Shown here: positions 54,190 to 64,000 of the stretch, one piece after another
How the letters are laid out: each line of letters starts with the position of its first letter
Numbering within the stretch: the stretch's first letter is position 1
Assembly (NCBI GenBank): GCA_050287085.1
Contig: JBNKBE010000003.1
Span: 207,350-271,349 of the forward strand
DNA length: 64,000 nucleotides
Source: Polyangiaceae bacterium
GTDB lineage: Bacteria; Myxococcota_A; Polyangia; Polyangiales; Polyangiaceae
Direction of reading: 5' to 3'
Translations under genes and position numbers: made by a program
The notes under the pieces: generated by a model
What the model was told of the DNA's origin: nothing
What the model saw: the letters and a program-made list of their open reading frames with translations, nothing else
The model's database searches: none

Positions 54190-54684
54190 TCACTCCGCCG
54201 GCAAGAGACGAGCTACGTCTCGCACCCAAGCGGCAAGCTCACCGTCTTGGTCGGCGCGCGCGACCTGCTTGGCGCAGCGCAGCAGCGCAGCAAAGACGTC
54301 GACGGCACCGGGCGCGCTGAGATCAGCGCTCAGGCGCAGTATCGAAGTCCGGAGCATAGGACCGACCAGACTCGGTTCAGCGGGCAAGACGCGTGCGCAA
54401 ACCAGGGCTTCCTCACCCGCCGCGGCTAACTCGTGCGCTTCGTCCACCAAGTCGAAACGGTGGGAGAGCGACGTCGCCAAGCGCTGCGACCAGTAGTCCG
54501 TATCAGGGCGCCATGCCTCATCGCGGCGCCCTGCCTCATCATGGCGCCATGCCTCAAATTCGGCTCGCAGCGCCTCTGCTGCGAGCAGGAACTGCTCCGT
54601 CTCAAGCTGAGACTGCTGCGCGGCCAAGCCCAACACCCGCTGAAACCACCGATCGTAGCTGCCGTTCGGACTGCCAGACGTCAC
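54190..54684 (-). CDS. Hypothetical helical protein
   Basis: Protein-like composition from GTG 54684; internal 18-bp repeat (EAWRHD/EAGRRD/EAWRPD). Confidence 0.5.
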   Translation of the reverse strand: MTSGSPNGSYDRWFQRVLGLAAQQSQLETEQFLLAAEALRAEFEAWRHDEAGRRDEAWRPDTDYWSQRLATSLSHRFDLVDEAHELAAAGEEALVCARVLPAEPSLVGPMLRTSILRLSADLSAPGAVDVFAALLRCAKQVARADQDGELAAWVRDVARLLPAE

Positions 54685-55099
54685 AGCGCAGCCATAGCAG
54701 CTGAACTCAGACGGAGCCAGCGCAGCGGGGGCTTGCGAAGCTTTGATCCGGGGTGCGGGGAGCAAACTTGGGCGCTCTCCGCGCTCTGGGCTTCGGCCGG
54801 TGGGAGGGGTTCGGTTTTGGGGCGCCGTAACGCTCCGTGCCACGTACAAGTGAAGCGTGTGGACCGGCGCTGCGCGTATCAGTCTTCGCAACCGGGCAGG
54901 GCTTTGAGCTTGCCGTCAAGAGTTCCGGACCGACTATCAATCAAGTTGGGGGCTTGCGCCGGACTGTGGCGCGGGTCGCAGAGCGCCCAGGAGCGGGGTT
55001 TCGACTTCTAATTCGTGGCGCAAGCCACTAGGAACCAGGTCCGAGCTTCCGGATCCGTTCCCAGACGCCGCCACTGCCGCCTAGCCTTTCTCTCAAACC

Positions 55100-56269
55100 G
55101 TGGAAAGCCAAACACAAGCCCAGCTGAAGGGGAACGCCCCAGCCTCACCCGGCGAATTTCAGCCCATCGCGCTGGGCTCTCTCTCGGTGTGGCCGCCAGT
55201 AGTGCTCGCACCGATGGCAGGGGTGACAAACTATCCGTTCCGGCGCTTGTGTCGTGACTTTGGTGCGGGCCTGTACGTGAGCGAAATGATCACCGCCAGA
55301 CCGCTGGTTGAAGGCCGCGAAAAAACGCTCAAGCTGGCCGACTTCGGACCTGACGAAACGCCGCGCAGTCTGCAACTCTACGGCGTAGATCCACACTACG
55401 TGGGGGAGGCCGTCAAGCTCTTGGTTTCGGAGGGACGTGTCGATCACATCGACATGAACTTTGGTTGTCCCGTGCGCAAAGTGACCCGCAAAGGGGGGGG
55501 TGCGGCGATTCCGGCCAAGCCGCGCTTGCTGGCCGCCATCGTCCGCGCCGCGGTCAAGAACGCGGGCAGCGTCCCGGTCACGATCAAGTTCCGAATGGGG
55601 ATCGACGACCGCTGGCGAACCGATCTAACAAGCGGCCAAATCGCTGAGGCGGAAGGGTGTGCCGCGGTCGCCTTGCACGCCCGCACCGCCTCCCAACTCT
55701 ACGACGGCGAGGCCCGGTGGGAGGCGATTGCCGCCTTGAAGGATGCACTTCGCATCCCCGTCCTAGGCAACGGAGATATCTGGGAAGCACACGACGCACT
55801 CCGCATGATGCGCACGACCGGCTGTGATGGCGTCGTGGTGGGGCGCGGTTGTCTGGGTAGACCGTGGTTGTTCCGTGACCTTGCAGATGCGTTCGAAGGT
55901 CGGACGCCACAACCGGCTCCCAACTTGGGAGAGGTCGTTGATATCATGCTGCGGCACGCGCGATGGAAAGCCGAATGGTTTGGTGAGAGCCCGGCGTTGC
56001 GTGCGTTTCGTAGGTTCACCAGCTGGTACACCAAGGGCTTTCCCGGAAGCGCGGAGCTGCGGGCTCGGCTCATGCAGATCCGGACCCTGAGTGAACTGGA
56101 ACGAGCGGTCGACGGCTTGGACAGAAGCCAGCCCTTCCCCGCTCACGCGGCCCGCCTTTCGCGCGCCAAAGGCTCAGGAACCCAGGTGGTAAGCTTGCCG
56201 GACGGCTACCTCAACAACCTGGACGACGACACGCCGCCGGAAGCCGAAGACGGCGGCAGCGGCGGCTAG
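55100..56269 (+). CDS. dusB: tRNA dihydrouridine synthase
   Basis: LAPMAGVT, SEMI, DMNFGCP, PVTIKFR, LHART, GNGDI, GRGCLGRPW. Confidence 0.95.
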   Translation: MESQTQAQLKGNAPASPGEFQPIALGSLSVWPPVVLAPMAGVTNYPFRRLCRDFGAGLYVSEMITARPLVEGREKTLKLADFGPDETPRSLQLYGVDPHYVGEAVKLLVSEGRVDHIDMNFGCPVRKVTRKGGGAAIPAKPRLLAAIVRAAVKNAGSVPVTIKFRMGIDDRWRTDLTSGQIAEAEGCAAVALHARTASQLYDGEARWEAIAALKDALRIPVLGNGDIWEAHDALRMMRTTGCDGVVVGRGCLGRPWLFRDLADAFEGRTPQPAPNLGEVVDIMLRHARWKAEWFGESPALRAFRRFTSWYTKGFPGSAELRARLMQIRTLSELERAVDGLDRSQPFPAHAARLSRAKGSGTQVVSLPDGYLNNLDDDTPPEAEDGGSGG

Positions 56270-56303
56270 CCCTGCGCCACGATGAAGCGGAAGCTGAGCG
56301 CCG

Positions 56304-56687
56304 TCATTCGGCGCCGCGCAATCGCTCTAGAGCGCGACGCTCCGCTTTGGTTGGCCTTCCCGCCCCGCGATCGCGCAGACCAGTGGTCCAACGCTCCTCC
56401 TTCGGCGGCGGCGGCGGACTCTCGTCGTCATAGAGCAGGCGAGCGAGGGGCGCACTCAACCGCTTCTCCGCGAAATCGATGACCCGGAGAATCTTGGGAC
56501 CACTTGGGTGTTCGATATGCACCTCGTCCCGCCGCTGAAGCAGGGCGCTGGGCTTGACGCCCCGACCGTTGACCTTGACGAGGCCGCCTTCGCACGCCTC
56601 CTGCGCCAACCCGCGCGTCTTGTACATGCGTGAAGCAACCAGCCACCGGTCGATCCGCACAGTCAGCAACGGCTCTTTGGGGGGCAT
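56304..56687 (-). CDS. hslR: Ribosome-associated heat shock protein Hsp15 (S4 domain)
   Basis: RIDRWL..KTR..A, VKVNG..KPS, KRLSA..A..LY, GRPTKAERR. Confidence 0.92.
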   Translation of the reverse strand: MPPKEPLLTVRIDRWLVASRMYKTRGLAQEACEGGLVKVNGRGVKPSALLQRRDEVHIEHPSGPKILRVIDFAEKRLSAPLARLLYDDESPPPPPKEERWTTGLRDRGAGRPTKAERRALERLRGAE

Positions 56688-56815
56688 TGTTCTCCGATTC
56701 TCAATGAATACCTCGTGCTAGCGCGCGCGGCGCTCCGGCGCAAGAGGCGCTACCTCACCGAAGCCCGCCCCCATCCCCTCAAGTTCGCCGCCCAGCGCCC
56801 GTTTGTCCCAGTGTT

Positions 56816-57328
56816 ATGGACTCAGCGGCACCCCGGTCGGAAACACGGCACTCTGACGTATTCGACACCCACGCCCGATCGCAGGCGTTGACCGCCGCCT
56901 GCATCGCTGAGGCGGTGTCCGAGCTCGTCCCACGCGAAGTGTGCGTCACGACTCTATTTCAGGGCCGAGCCCCCTGGGTCGTGGCCTCGCGCGGCGTGAC
57001 GCTGGACCAAGCGGGACGCGCAGCCATGCACACCTGGGCACAGAGCATAACACACGCCGAGCTTCAGCCAGTCCCGGGCGTTCTGCGGCACAAACTTCAC
57101 GCCTTTCGCGCCATTGTGGTGCCGCTGGCCTCCCCACTCCGCTGCTACGGCGCGGTGGTGTTGGGCGCGCCCGTCGGGCAGTCCTGTTCGGCCGCTTTCC
57201 GACGCGAACTGAGCGGAGTTTGCACCGACTGGGTCTTGCGCATCGAAGAAAACGCTCGCGCCGAACTCCGGCCGCGGCGTTTGGGTCGCTCGATGCGCGC
57301 GCTTGAGCCGCTTTCTGCTTTGGCGTAG
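56816..57328 (+). CDS. Hypothetical small protein, possibly GAF-like
   Basis: VVASRG..AIVVPL..YGAVVLG pattern; upstream of the GntR gene. Confidence 0.5.
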   Translation: MDSAAPRSETRHSDVFDTHARSQALTAACIAEAVSELVPREVCVTTLFQGRAPWVVASRGVTLDQAGRAAMHTWAQSITHAELQPVPGVLRHKLHAFRAIVVPLASPLRCYGAVVLGAPVGQSCSAAFRRELSGVCTDWVLRIEENARAELRPRRLGRSMRALEPLSALA

Positions 57329-57455
57329 ACGCTGCCCGCGCTTTCGTGCTCTACCAGTAGGGCCTTGGCCAGGGCTGCGCTGGTCAGGCGCACTGGCTGC
57401 CTCGCGCGGCCGAGCAATGGCCCGCTCGCGCGCGGGCTGACCTCGAGCGTACCGA

Positions 57456-58274
57456 ATGGCAGATCCGCCCAAGAGCACCAATATCGCCGATACGATCTTC
57501 GCTGACCTTCGTCGTCAGATCCTACGCGGAGAGCTCAAGCCCGGGGCTCGACTCAAAGGCGAGCGGGAGCTAGCCGCGGACTACGGCACCAACCGCAACA
57601 CGTTGCGTGAAGCCGTGCGCAAGCTGGAACAGGCGCGCCTCGTCCTCGTCCGCCACGGCCATGGCGTGACGATCAGTGACTTTCGACGCTCCGGAACCCT
57701 GGAACTGCTTGCGCCCTACCTCCAGAGTGGTCCGGACATGACGGAAGTCAGCCGCATCGTGGAGGACGTGCTCGCTCCCCGCGTACTGCTCATCGAACAG
57801 GCAACCCGCCTCGCCGTTCGCCGCGCCGACGCCGATGACCTAACGCGCCTTCGAAAGCTGGCTGAAGAGCTGAACGCAGCGTTCGAAGCGCGCCAAACGC
57901 GAGCTGTCGCGGAAGGCTTCCAGCGCTGGTTGGACGCGCTCATCGACGCCAGTCATTCGGTCGCCGTGCGCTGGATCGCAAACCCGCTGCTCGACGCCCT
58001 GCGCCAGCTCTTGGAACGCCTGCCCATGCTCTGGATCCTGGAGCCGACCTTTCCCGGTCACCTGCGAAGCGTGCTGACCGCGATTGAACAAGGGGACGAG
58101 GCGTTGGCCACTCGCACCACCTTTGAATACTACGAGCGCGTAGACCAGCCGCTGCTGAAGTTGCTCCGCTCGCGCTTCCCGACGCCTGCTCCGCGCGCGA
58201 AAAGCGAAACCGCCGAGCCCGCGCTCACGGCGGCTTCGACGGCCGCGCCAGGTGGTGAGGAGACGCACACGTGA
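57456..58274 (+). CDS. GntR/FadR-family transcriptional regulator
   Basis: LRRQILRGELKPGARL..ERELA..NRNTLREA..RHGHG; FCD-like C-terminal domain. Confidence 0.93.
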   Translation: MADPPKSTNIADTIFADLRRQILRGELKPGARLKGERELAADYGTNRNTLREAVRKLEQARLVLVRHGHGVTISDFRRSGTLELLAPYLQSGPDMTEVSRIVEDVLAPRVLLIEQATRLAVRRADADDLTRLRKLAEELNAAFEARQTRAVAEGFQRWLDALIDASHSVAVRWIANPLLDALRQLLERLPMLWILEPTFPGHLRSVLTAIEQGDEALATRTTFEYYERVDQPLLKLLRSRFPTPAPRAKSETAEPALTAASTAAPGGEETHT

Positions 58275-59134
58275 GGCGCGTCCTGATAGCAGGTTGCGGC
58301 TTCGTTGGCCGCGCGCTTGCTTCCCGCCTCATAGCAGCCGGCGACGTCGTGTACGCGCTGGCGCGCAACCCCAACAACCTGCCGGCAGGCGCCTACCCGA
58401 TCCGTGCTGACCTCTCGGAACCCCTGATCGGCTCGCTTCCTGACAAGCTGGACGCCGTGGTATTTGCCGCCGCGCCGCGCCGCCACGAAACCTCCGACTA
58501 CGAGCGCACTTACGTTCTCGGCGCACAACGGGTCGCGACCTACGCGGAACGCTGCGGGGCGCGGAGCTTGATATTTGTGTCGAGCACGGCGGTGTACCGT
58601 CAGTGTGAGGGGGAATGGGTCGACGAGGCGTCCGAAGCGGCCTCCGAAGCGCCCAACGGCAAGGCCATGCTAGCGGCGGAGCGCTTCATCCTCGATGCAC
58701 CCCTCGCCGGTACTGTGCTTCGCTGCTCCGGAATCTACGGACCCGGACGCACCCGACTGATCGACCAGGTGCGCCGTGGTGAAACGACGTCTAACGAGCG
58801 AGATAGCTACACCAATCGCATTCATCGCGATGACGTAGCGGGGACAATACAGCTACTGCTGACCCTGCCGAAAGCCCCCTCCATCCTGATCGGCTCGGAC
58901 CACGAACCCGTGTTGCGCTCAGAGGTCCACCACTGGCTTGCTGTGCGCATGGGCCTGGCGGCAGCGACCGCGCTGCCCCATGCGAACGAATCGGCCACGA
59001 GCCACAACTGCGGCGGCAAGCGGTGCTCCAATCAGGCGCTATTGGGTCTGGGTTACCGATTCCAGTACCCGACATTTCGCGACGGGTATTCGGCCATGTT
59101 GGAGACCGAGGCGTCTGGAGAGACGATACCCTAG
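58271..59134 (+). CDS. NAD-dependent epimerase/dehydratase (atypical SDR, YeeZ-like)
   Basis: IAGCGFVG, VSSTAVY, GIYGPGR, NRIHRDD, YPTFRDG. Confidence 0.9.
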   Translation: MRRVLIAGCGFVGRALASRLIAAGDVVYALARNPNNLPAGAYPIRADLSEPLIGSLPDKLDAVVFAAAPRRHETSDYERTYVLGAQRVATYAERCGARSLIFVSSTAVYRQCEGEWVDEASEAASEAPNGKAMLAAERFILDAPLAGTVLRCSGIYGPGRTRLIDQVRRGETTSNERDSYTNRIHRDDVAGTIQLLLTLPKAPSILIGSDHEPVLRSEVHHWLAVRMGLAAATALPHANESATSHNCGGKRCSNQALLGLGYRFQYPTFRDGYSAMLETEASGETIP

Positions 59135-59158
59135 CCCACTCACCAACGAGGAGGCCCC

Positions 59159-61555
59159 GTGCTCGCCCGTACCGCACCTAGCGTCGGCAGTCAGATTGTG
59201 GCCGTGCTCGGCCCGACCAATACCGGGAAGACCCATCGTTGCATAGAGCGGCTTCTGACCCACGAAACGGGTATGGTCGGACTCCCCCTCCGGTTGCTCG
59301 CGCGTGAAGTGTACGGCCGAGTCGTCGAGCTCACCGGGCACGAGCAGGTGGCCCTTGTCACCGGTGAGGAGAAGCGGCTCCCACGAGGGGCGCGCTACTT
59401 CATCTGCACGGTCGAAGCCATGCCGTTGGAACGCGAGGTCGACTTCCTGGCCATCGACGAGATTCAGCTCGTGGCGCACTCAACGCGGGGGCACGTATTC
59501 ACCGACCGACTGCTCCACGCCCGAGGCAGACGGGAAACTTGGTTTCTGGGTTCGGACACCTGCCGCCACCTGATCGAAGAGCTGGTGCCGACAGCCCGTT
59601 TCGAGACCTACCGCCGCCTAAGCCAGCTCCGGCATGCGGGCCCAAGCAGCTTGGGACGACTGCCAGCGCAAAGCGCTGTGGTGGGCTTTTCTGTGCCGCA
59701 GGTCTATGAACTCGCGGAGCGTATTCGCGTCCGCAAAGGGGGCGCTGCCGTTGTCCTGGGGGCGCTTTCACCCAAGACGCGCAATGCCCAGGTCGAGCTA
59801 TTCCAGCAAGGCAAGGTCAACTACCTGGTCGCCACCGACGCGATCGGCATGGGGCTGAACATGAATGTCAGCCACGTCGCGTTCGCCGGCCTGCGCAAGT
59901 TCGACGGCCGCAAGGAACGAGCCCTCAGCACCGGCGAGCTGGCGCAGGTCGCCGGGCGCGCTGGGCGCCACATCCACGATGGAACCTTCGGCACGTTGAG
60001 GCCGTGCCCTCCCCTCGCCGACGAAGTGGCGCGGGCCGTCGAGGAGCACCGGCACGAACGACTTCGCTTTGCGTTCTACCGCAACACCAACCTGGACTTC
60101 TCGAACCTGAGCGCCCTGCTCGAAACCCTGGCAGCCCCCCCTCCCCACCCCAGTCTGCGTGCCATGCCCGAGGTGGATGACCACCTGGCGCTGCGCACAC
60201 TCAGTGCCCGCAGCGACGTTCAGCAGCGGCTCGGACCGGACACCCTCCCCCTGTTGTGGGAGGTCTGCCAGATCCCGGACTATCGAAAGTTGATGCCCGA
60301 GGTACACGCAAACCTGCTCGGTGAAGTCTTCACGGAGCTCGTCGCTAGCGGCCGTTCCCTTGGCAACGACTGGATGCAACGCCAGATGGCGGGACTCGAA
60401 CAACCTGCTGGTGATGTCGACTCGCTGGTCCTTCAGCTCTCGTTCGTGCGGACCTTCGCGTACCTGAGCCAACACGGTCACTGGCTTCAGCACCCGACGA
60501 CGTGGCGCGCCCACACACGGATTTTGGAGGACAACCTCAGCGACGCCCTCCATGAACGCTTGCTGCAACGCTTTGTCTCGAAAGAAGGGACGCGTCGCGG
60601 TCCCATGGCTCCCCGCGCCCGGACTCCGAGCAGCGCAGAGTCGGTCGCGAGAAGCGATTTCTCGCCGGCCGCTGGCCATCCCTTCGCACAGCTCGTGTCA
60701 CTGCGGCGTCAGCTCAGCGGCGCGGCGGAGCCGAACAGCCCGACGCCTTCATACGCCGACCTGCTGACGTCCGGCCCTGAACGCTTTGGCTTCAAGAACG
60801 GTTGCCTTATCGTCCACGATGAAGCCGCCATCGGCAGGCTGGTGCCGGGCCCGGAATTGAGACGACCCGCGGTGCGCCTGCACGAGCCCTTTCGTTCGGC
60901 GCGCGGCGAGATTCAACGGCGACTCCTCCGCCTGGGTACCGAGTTTGGCGCTGAACTCGAGCGCGCGCTGCCTCCCGAAGCCCTACCCCCCGGACCCGCT
61001 CGAGGCATCGCCTACCAACTGAGCGCCAACCTCGGCACCCTCAAACGCAGCACTGTCGAATCACTGCTGAGCGCCCTTGAGCCTGATGCCCGCGAGCTGC
61101 TGGAACGTCGCGGCGTCATCTTCGGACAGCGTTACGTGTGGCTGCGACCGCTCTTGGGCGCGCGAGCACTTTCCGTACGCTGGGCCCTTTGCGCCGCTTG
61201 GGAACCCGCGCTGCGCCCACTGCCCTTTGCGGTTCATCGAACGTCATATCCCGCGTCGGTCCCCGCAGCTATCGCTGAAAGCGCCGGCTTCAGCCAACTC
61301 GGTCCGCTGCTGGTTCGGTGTGACATCGTAGAGCGAGCCCTTCAGCTACAACGAGCGGCCGCCCCAGACGCCCAGATCGCCAGCTTGTTGGGCTGTCGCA
61401 TGGACGAGCTCGAATACGTGCTCGCTCCGCCACGCCGCCGACGTCGTCGGCGACGCAGTAGACCGCGCGCGCGTGCCCCGGAGCCAGCTCGCTCCCGGAG
61501 TCAATCGGAGGCTCCCCTGGCGACGGACAACGACCCAGAAACGGCTGGGCCCTGA
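59159..61555 (+). CDS. SUV3/MgpS-like SF2 helicase
   Basis: GPTNTGKT, PLRLLARE, TGEE, CTVE, DEIQ, ATDAIGMGLN, KFDG, QVAGRAGR. Confidence 0.92.
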   Translation: MLARTAPSVGSQIVAVLGPTNTGKTHRCIERLLTHETGMVGLPLRLLAREVYGRVVELTGHEQVALVTGEEKRLPRGARYFICTVEAMPLEREVDFLAIDEIQLVAHSTRGHVFTDRLLHARGRRETWFLGSDTCRHLIEELVPTARFETYRRLSQLRHAGPSSLGRLPAQSAVVGFSVPQVYELAERIRVRKGGAAVVLGALSPKTRNAQVELFQQGKVNYLVATDAIGMGLNMNVSHVAFAGLRKFDGRKERALSTGELAQVAGRAGRHIHDGTFGTLRPCPPLADEVARAVEEHRHERLRFAFYRNTNLDFSNLSALLETLAAPPPHPSLRAMPEVDDHLALRTLSARSDVQQRLGPDTLPLLWEVCQIPDYRKLMPEVHANLLGEVFTELVASGRSLGNDWMQRQMAGLEQPAGDVDSLVLQLSFVRTFAYLSQHGHWLQHPTTWRAHTRILEDNLSDALHERLLQRFVSKEGTRRGPMAPRARTPSSAESVARSDFSPAAGHPFAQLVSLRRQLSGAAEPNSPTPSYADLLTSGPERFGFKNGCLIVHDEAAIGRLVPGPELRRPAVRLHEPFRSARGEIQRRLLRLGTEFGAELERALPPEALPPGPARGIAYQLSANLGTLKRSTVESLLSALEPDARELLERRGVIFGQRYVWLRPLLGARALSVRWALCAAWEPALRPLPFAVHRTSYPASVPAAIAESAGFSQLGPLLVRCDIVERALQLQRAAAPDAQIASLLGCRMDELEYVLAPPRRRRRRRRSRPRARAPEPARSRSQSEAPLATDNDPETAGP

Positions 61556-61706
61556 GCGCCTTGCAGCAACACGGTAATCGTTTATTCGCAGCCCATGACC
61601 TAGACCGCGCATGCCAGCGGTTAACGAGTCCAGCCCTGTCTTGGGGGCCCTAGCCTGTCTTCTGGAGACATGGACATGTACGCTGAGCAACCCACGCAGA
61701 GGCGCC

Positions 61707-63794
61707 ATGAAGAACTCCGAAGCATCCAAGAAGACGGACCTGGAGAGGACCGCAACCGACACGCACAACTCGCTCCCACCACCGCCGCCCACGACGCGAC
61801 CAGGTGAACAGAGAGTGCTTTCTGGCGCGGACATCGATATCGACGACGAAACTCCGTCCCACTCCCTACCCAGCGACCCCGCACCGTTCGCACGCTTCTT
61901 CGGCGGACGCGATTCGGATGTTGTCCCTGCCCCGGGGCCCGCCGCGAAATCCGAACCCCTCGGAGAGCGCCGCACGCCCAAGCTTGTGTCGCTGCTAAAC
62001 GAGGCCGACGCGCCGGCAGCGGAGCCCCCAAGCGCAGGTGCCGATGACCTGCAAGCCGGAGCGCTCCCAAGCCCTGTAGCGCCCCCAAGCCCTGTAGCGC
62101 CCCCAAGCCCTGCGGTATCCGCGCCGGACGAGCCAGCAGCCGAGCCCCTGGCAGAGGCAAGCCCCCCCCAGCGCTCGCCATTCGCGATGCCAGTTGATAC
62201 CAGCGATGGACCCGCACAGAGCCAAGAAGGCCAAGAAGAGAACGGGCTCAAGGACGACGAGGCGCCCACTTCCCCTCTGGCGGACGCGATTCCAACCCCC
62301 CCCCCAGACGAGCTTACGGTTCCCCTCTTAGGTCGCGTGCAACACCACGCTGCCACACGGCCACCGCAGTCGGCCGTGGGCGCTCGCCCACTACCGCCGG
62401 TGCCGTCAGTCGTTCCCCCACTGGCGGCGAGCGCAACGCCATTGCCCCTTCCGAAGACCGCACGGCTATCTGCGCCCCCAGCTTCTCGGCCAGCGGTCAA
62501 TCTTCCCCCACCGCCCTTGAGCTCCGTCCCCTCTCCCAAGGTGTTGTATGGCAGCGACGGGCCGGACTACGACGAGGCGGTCACCACGGTCATGGAACCG
62601 AGCGAGGTAGCCGCGAGTATCCGACACCGCGCGACCTCACCACGAGCGCCGCGAGCCACGGCCGAGCACCCCCCTCTGAGCGCGGCGCTGAAGAAGCGTG
62701 CTGGGTGGGTGGTCGGTGGTGCCGCAACGCTCTTGGTCGGGCTAGGCATCGCAACCATGGGTTCGAGCGGTGGACAGCTCCTTCTGGCCGTCACGGGCCC
62801 CAATGGAAGCGCCGTGGATTCGGTCACTGTACGCTTGGACGACAAGATGGTGTGCAGCACCGTCCCTTGTCTCGTCCAGGACGTCAAGGCGGGACCTCAC
62901 GTTCTCAGCGTGGAGGCGGACGGATTTGTAAAGCCAGAGCCGGTCACGGTCGAGATCCAAGCCGGAGCGGAAACAGAGCACACCATTGAGCTCGTCAAGC
63001 CGGACGTCCCCCCCGCGGCCCTTTCGGTGCAAGCGGGTTCCAAAGACCTTTCTCTGACGGTCGACGGCGAAGAGCGAGGCACGCTTCCGCTGGAGTTGAC
63101 GGGCCTGTTGCCAGGACCCCACACCCTCTCATTTCATGGCGAAGGCTATCGAACAGAGGAGAAGACGGTCAACCTCATGGCCGGCAAGACGCTGACGCTC
63201 AGCCCGCCGAAACTCGCCGTCGAAACCGGCACGCTAGTGCTGAAGGCCGGACCGACAGCGGAAGGCGCGCAAGTGTTCGTCGATGGCAAACGTGTGGAGC
63301 TTCCAAGCACCCTGAAGCTGGAAGCCGGTCAGCCCCACCGCTTGCTCGCAAAGCGCGACGACTATACCCCCCTCGAGCGCACCATCACCTTCCCCAACGG
63401 TCAGGCCACCCAAGAGCTCACGCTCGAGCTGGAGGCCCTGACCCCTGAGGAGACAAGCGATTCAGAGTCCACGCCGGAGGACCCCACCAAAGCGTCCGCT
63501 GCCCGGAGCCGTTCCAGTCGCACAAAGAAGACCACTTCGTCGCGAAACTCGACAAGCGCCAACAAGACACGCCCTGGCCCGGAGCTAGGCGCCCATCCAG
63601 GCATCGTGACTCTCAACGCCATACCCACATCGCAGGTCATCCTGGACGGAAAGTCTCTCGGTAAGACCCCCAAGCGAGGTATTCGAGTTAGTCCTGGCAA
63701 GCACACGGTCGTCTTCGTCAACGACAAGGGCAAGAAGCGGCACTCGTTCAGCATCAAGGCTGGGGCACGCAAGACCCTGACGGCCAAATTCTGA
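61707..63794 (+). CDS. Pro-rich single-pass membrane protein with multiple PEGA domains
   Basis: About 330-aa low-complexity N-terminus; TM WVVGGAATLLVGLGIATM; about 4 PEGA repeats (e.g. VILDGKSLGKTP..SPGKHTV); AGAGG RBS before ATG 61707. Confidence 0.85.
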   Translation: MKNSEASKKTDLERTATDTHNSLPPPPPTTRPGEQRVLSGADIDIDDETPSHSLPSDPAPFARFFGGRDSDVVPAPGPAAKSEPLGERRTPKLVSLLNEADAPAAEPPSAGADDLQAGALPSPVAPPSPVAPPSPAVSAPDEPAAEPLAEASPPQRSPFAMPVDTSDGPAQSQEGQEENGLKDDEAPTSPLADAIPTPPPDELTVPLLGRVQHHAATRPPQSAVGARPLPPVPSVVPPLAASATPLPLPKTARLSAPPASRPAVNLPPPPLSSVPSPKVLYGSDGPDYDEAVTTVMEPSEVAASIRHRATSPRAPRATAEHPPLSAALKKRAGWVVGGAATLLVGLGIATMGSSGGQLLLAVTGPNGSAVDSVTVRLDDKMVCSTVPCLVQDVKAGPHVLSVEADGFVKPEPVTVEIQAGAETEHTIELVKPDVPPAALSVQAGSKDLSLTVDGEERGTLPLELTGLLPGPHTLSFHGEGYRTEEKTVNLMAGKTLTLSPPKLAVETGTLVLKAGPTAEGAQVFVDGKRVELPSTLKLEAGQPHRLLAKRDDYTPLERTITFPNGQATQELTLELEALTPEETSDSESTPEDPTKASAARSRSSRTKKTTSSRNSTSANKTRPGPELGAHPGIVTLNAIPTSQVILDGKSLGKTPKRGIRVSPGKHTVVFVNDKGKKRHSFSIKAGARKTLTAKF
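62066..62112. repeat. 18-bp in-frame tandem repeat (PSPVAP, about 2.6 copies)
   Basis: cccaagccctgtagcgcc x2 plus partial copy. Confidence 0.75.
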
Positions 63795-64000
63795 ACGACC
63801 ACCCGATTGTCGTCCGGTGTCCTGTACATGGCATAGCCGGGCCGATCGCGTCCTCTTGAGCCGGTAACATGGCCCTGAGACGTAGGTGCGGCGTTGCTGC
63901 GCGCTGCCAGCTATCTTGCATTGGACGCGGTGTTGAGCTGTAGTGTCCGCTCCGCCGCACTCCAGCGGACGCTCGGAGAATACAACTATGAGCCACCGAT

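Noticed and set aside
54951..55030. tRNA-like look (about 76 nt, paired ends, GGTTTCGACT, ..GCCACTA end)
   Set aside because: No D-arm or anticodon arm, and the T-loop-like motif is not adjacent to the acceptor strand
61346..62539. 397-aa Gly-rich minus-strand ORF
   Set aside because: Mirror of the Pro-rich region of the PEGA protein
1..64000. Mobile elements, prophage or a defence island
   Set aside because: No transposase, integrase, phage structural, restriction-modification or toxin-antitoxin genes recognised, and no obvious compositional shift by eye

Overview
GC-rich bacterial chromosome segment. The gene content points to Myxococcota, most likely Polyangiales/Sorangiineae (inference): three Hanks-type Ser/Thr kinases, PEGA proteins, a TonB_C-fused TonB-dependent receptor, a LacI-fold sensor fused to GGDEF-EAL, and a Che8-like chemosensory cluster. 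About 48 CDSs can be supported. Housekeeping genes are xth, lolC/E-lolD, prfB (programmed +1 frameshift missed by the ORF track), ribF, holA, fabH, glmU, mltD-like, OmpA/Pal-like, degQ-like, dusB, hslR and a SUV3-like helicase. They are interleaved with lineage-typical signalling and envelope genes. No rRNA, tRNA, CRISPR array, transposase, integrase or prophage gene was recognised. The best candidates for poorly described systems are: (1) a membrane kinase / TPR-PEGA / Cys-rich Ig-domain lipoprotein module, possibly a trans-envelope phospho-signalling relay; (2) a polytopic membrane protein with a degenerate sigma54-activator domain, coupled to a kinase-pseudocyclase-STAND-TPR protein; (3) a non-RD kinase-FHA-degenerate GGDEF fusion; (4) a MATCAP/DUF1704-type metallopeptidase; (5) a CheR with a His-containing tandem-repeat insertion. 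All calls come from reading motifs by eye. No database searches were run.
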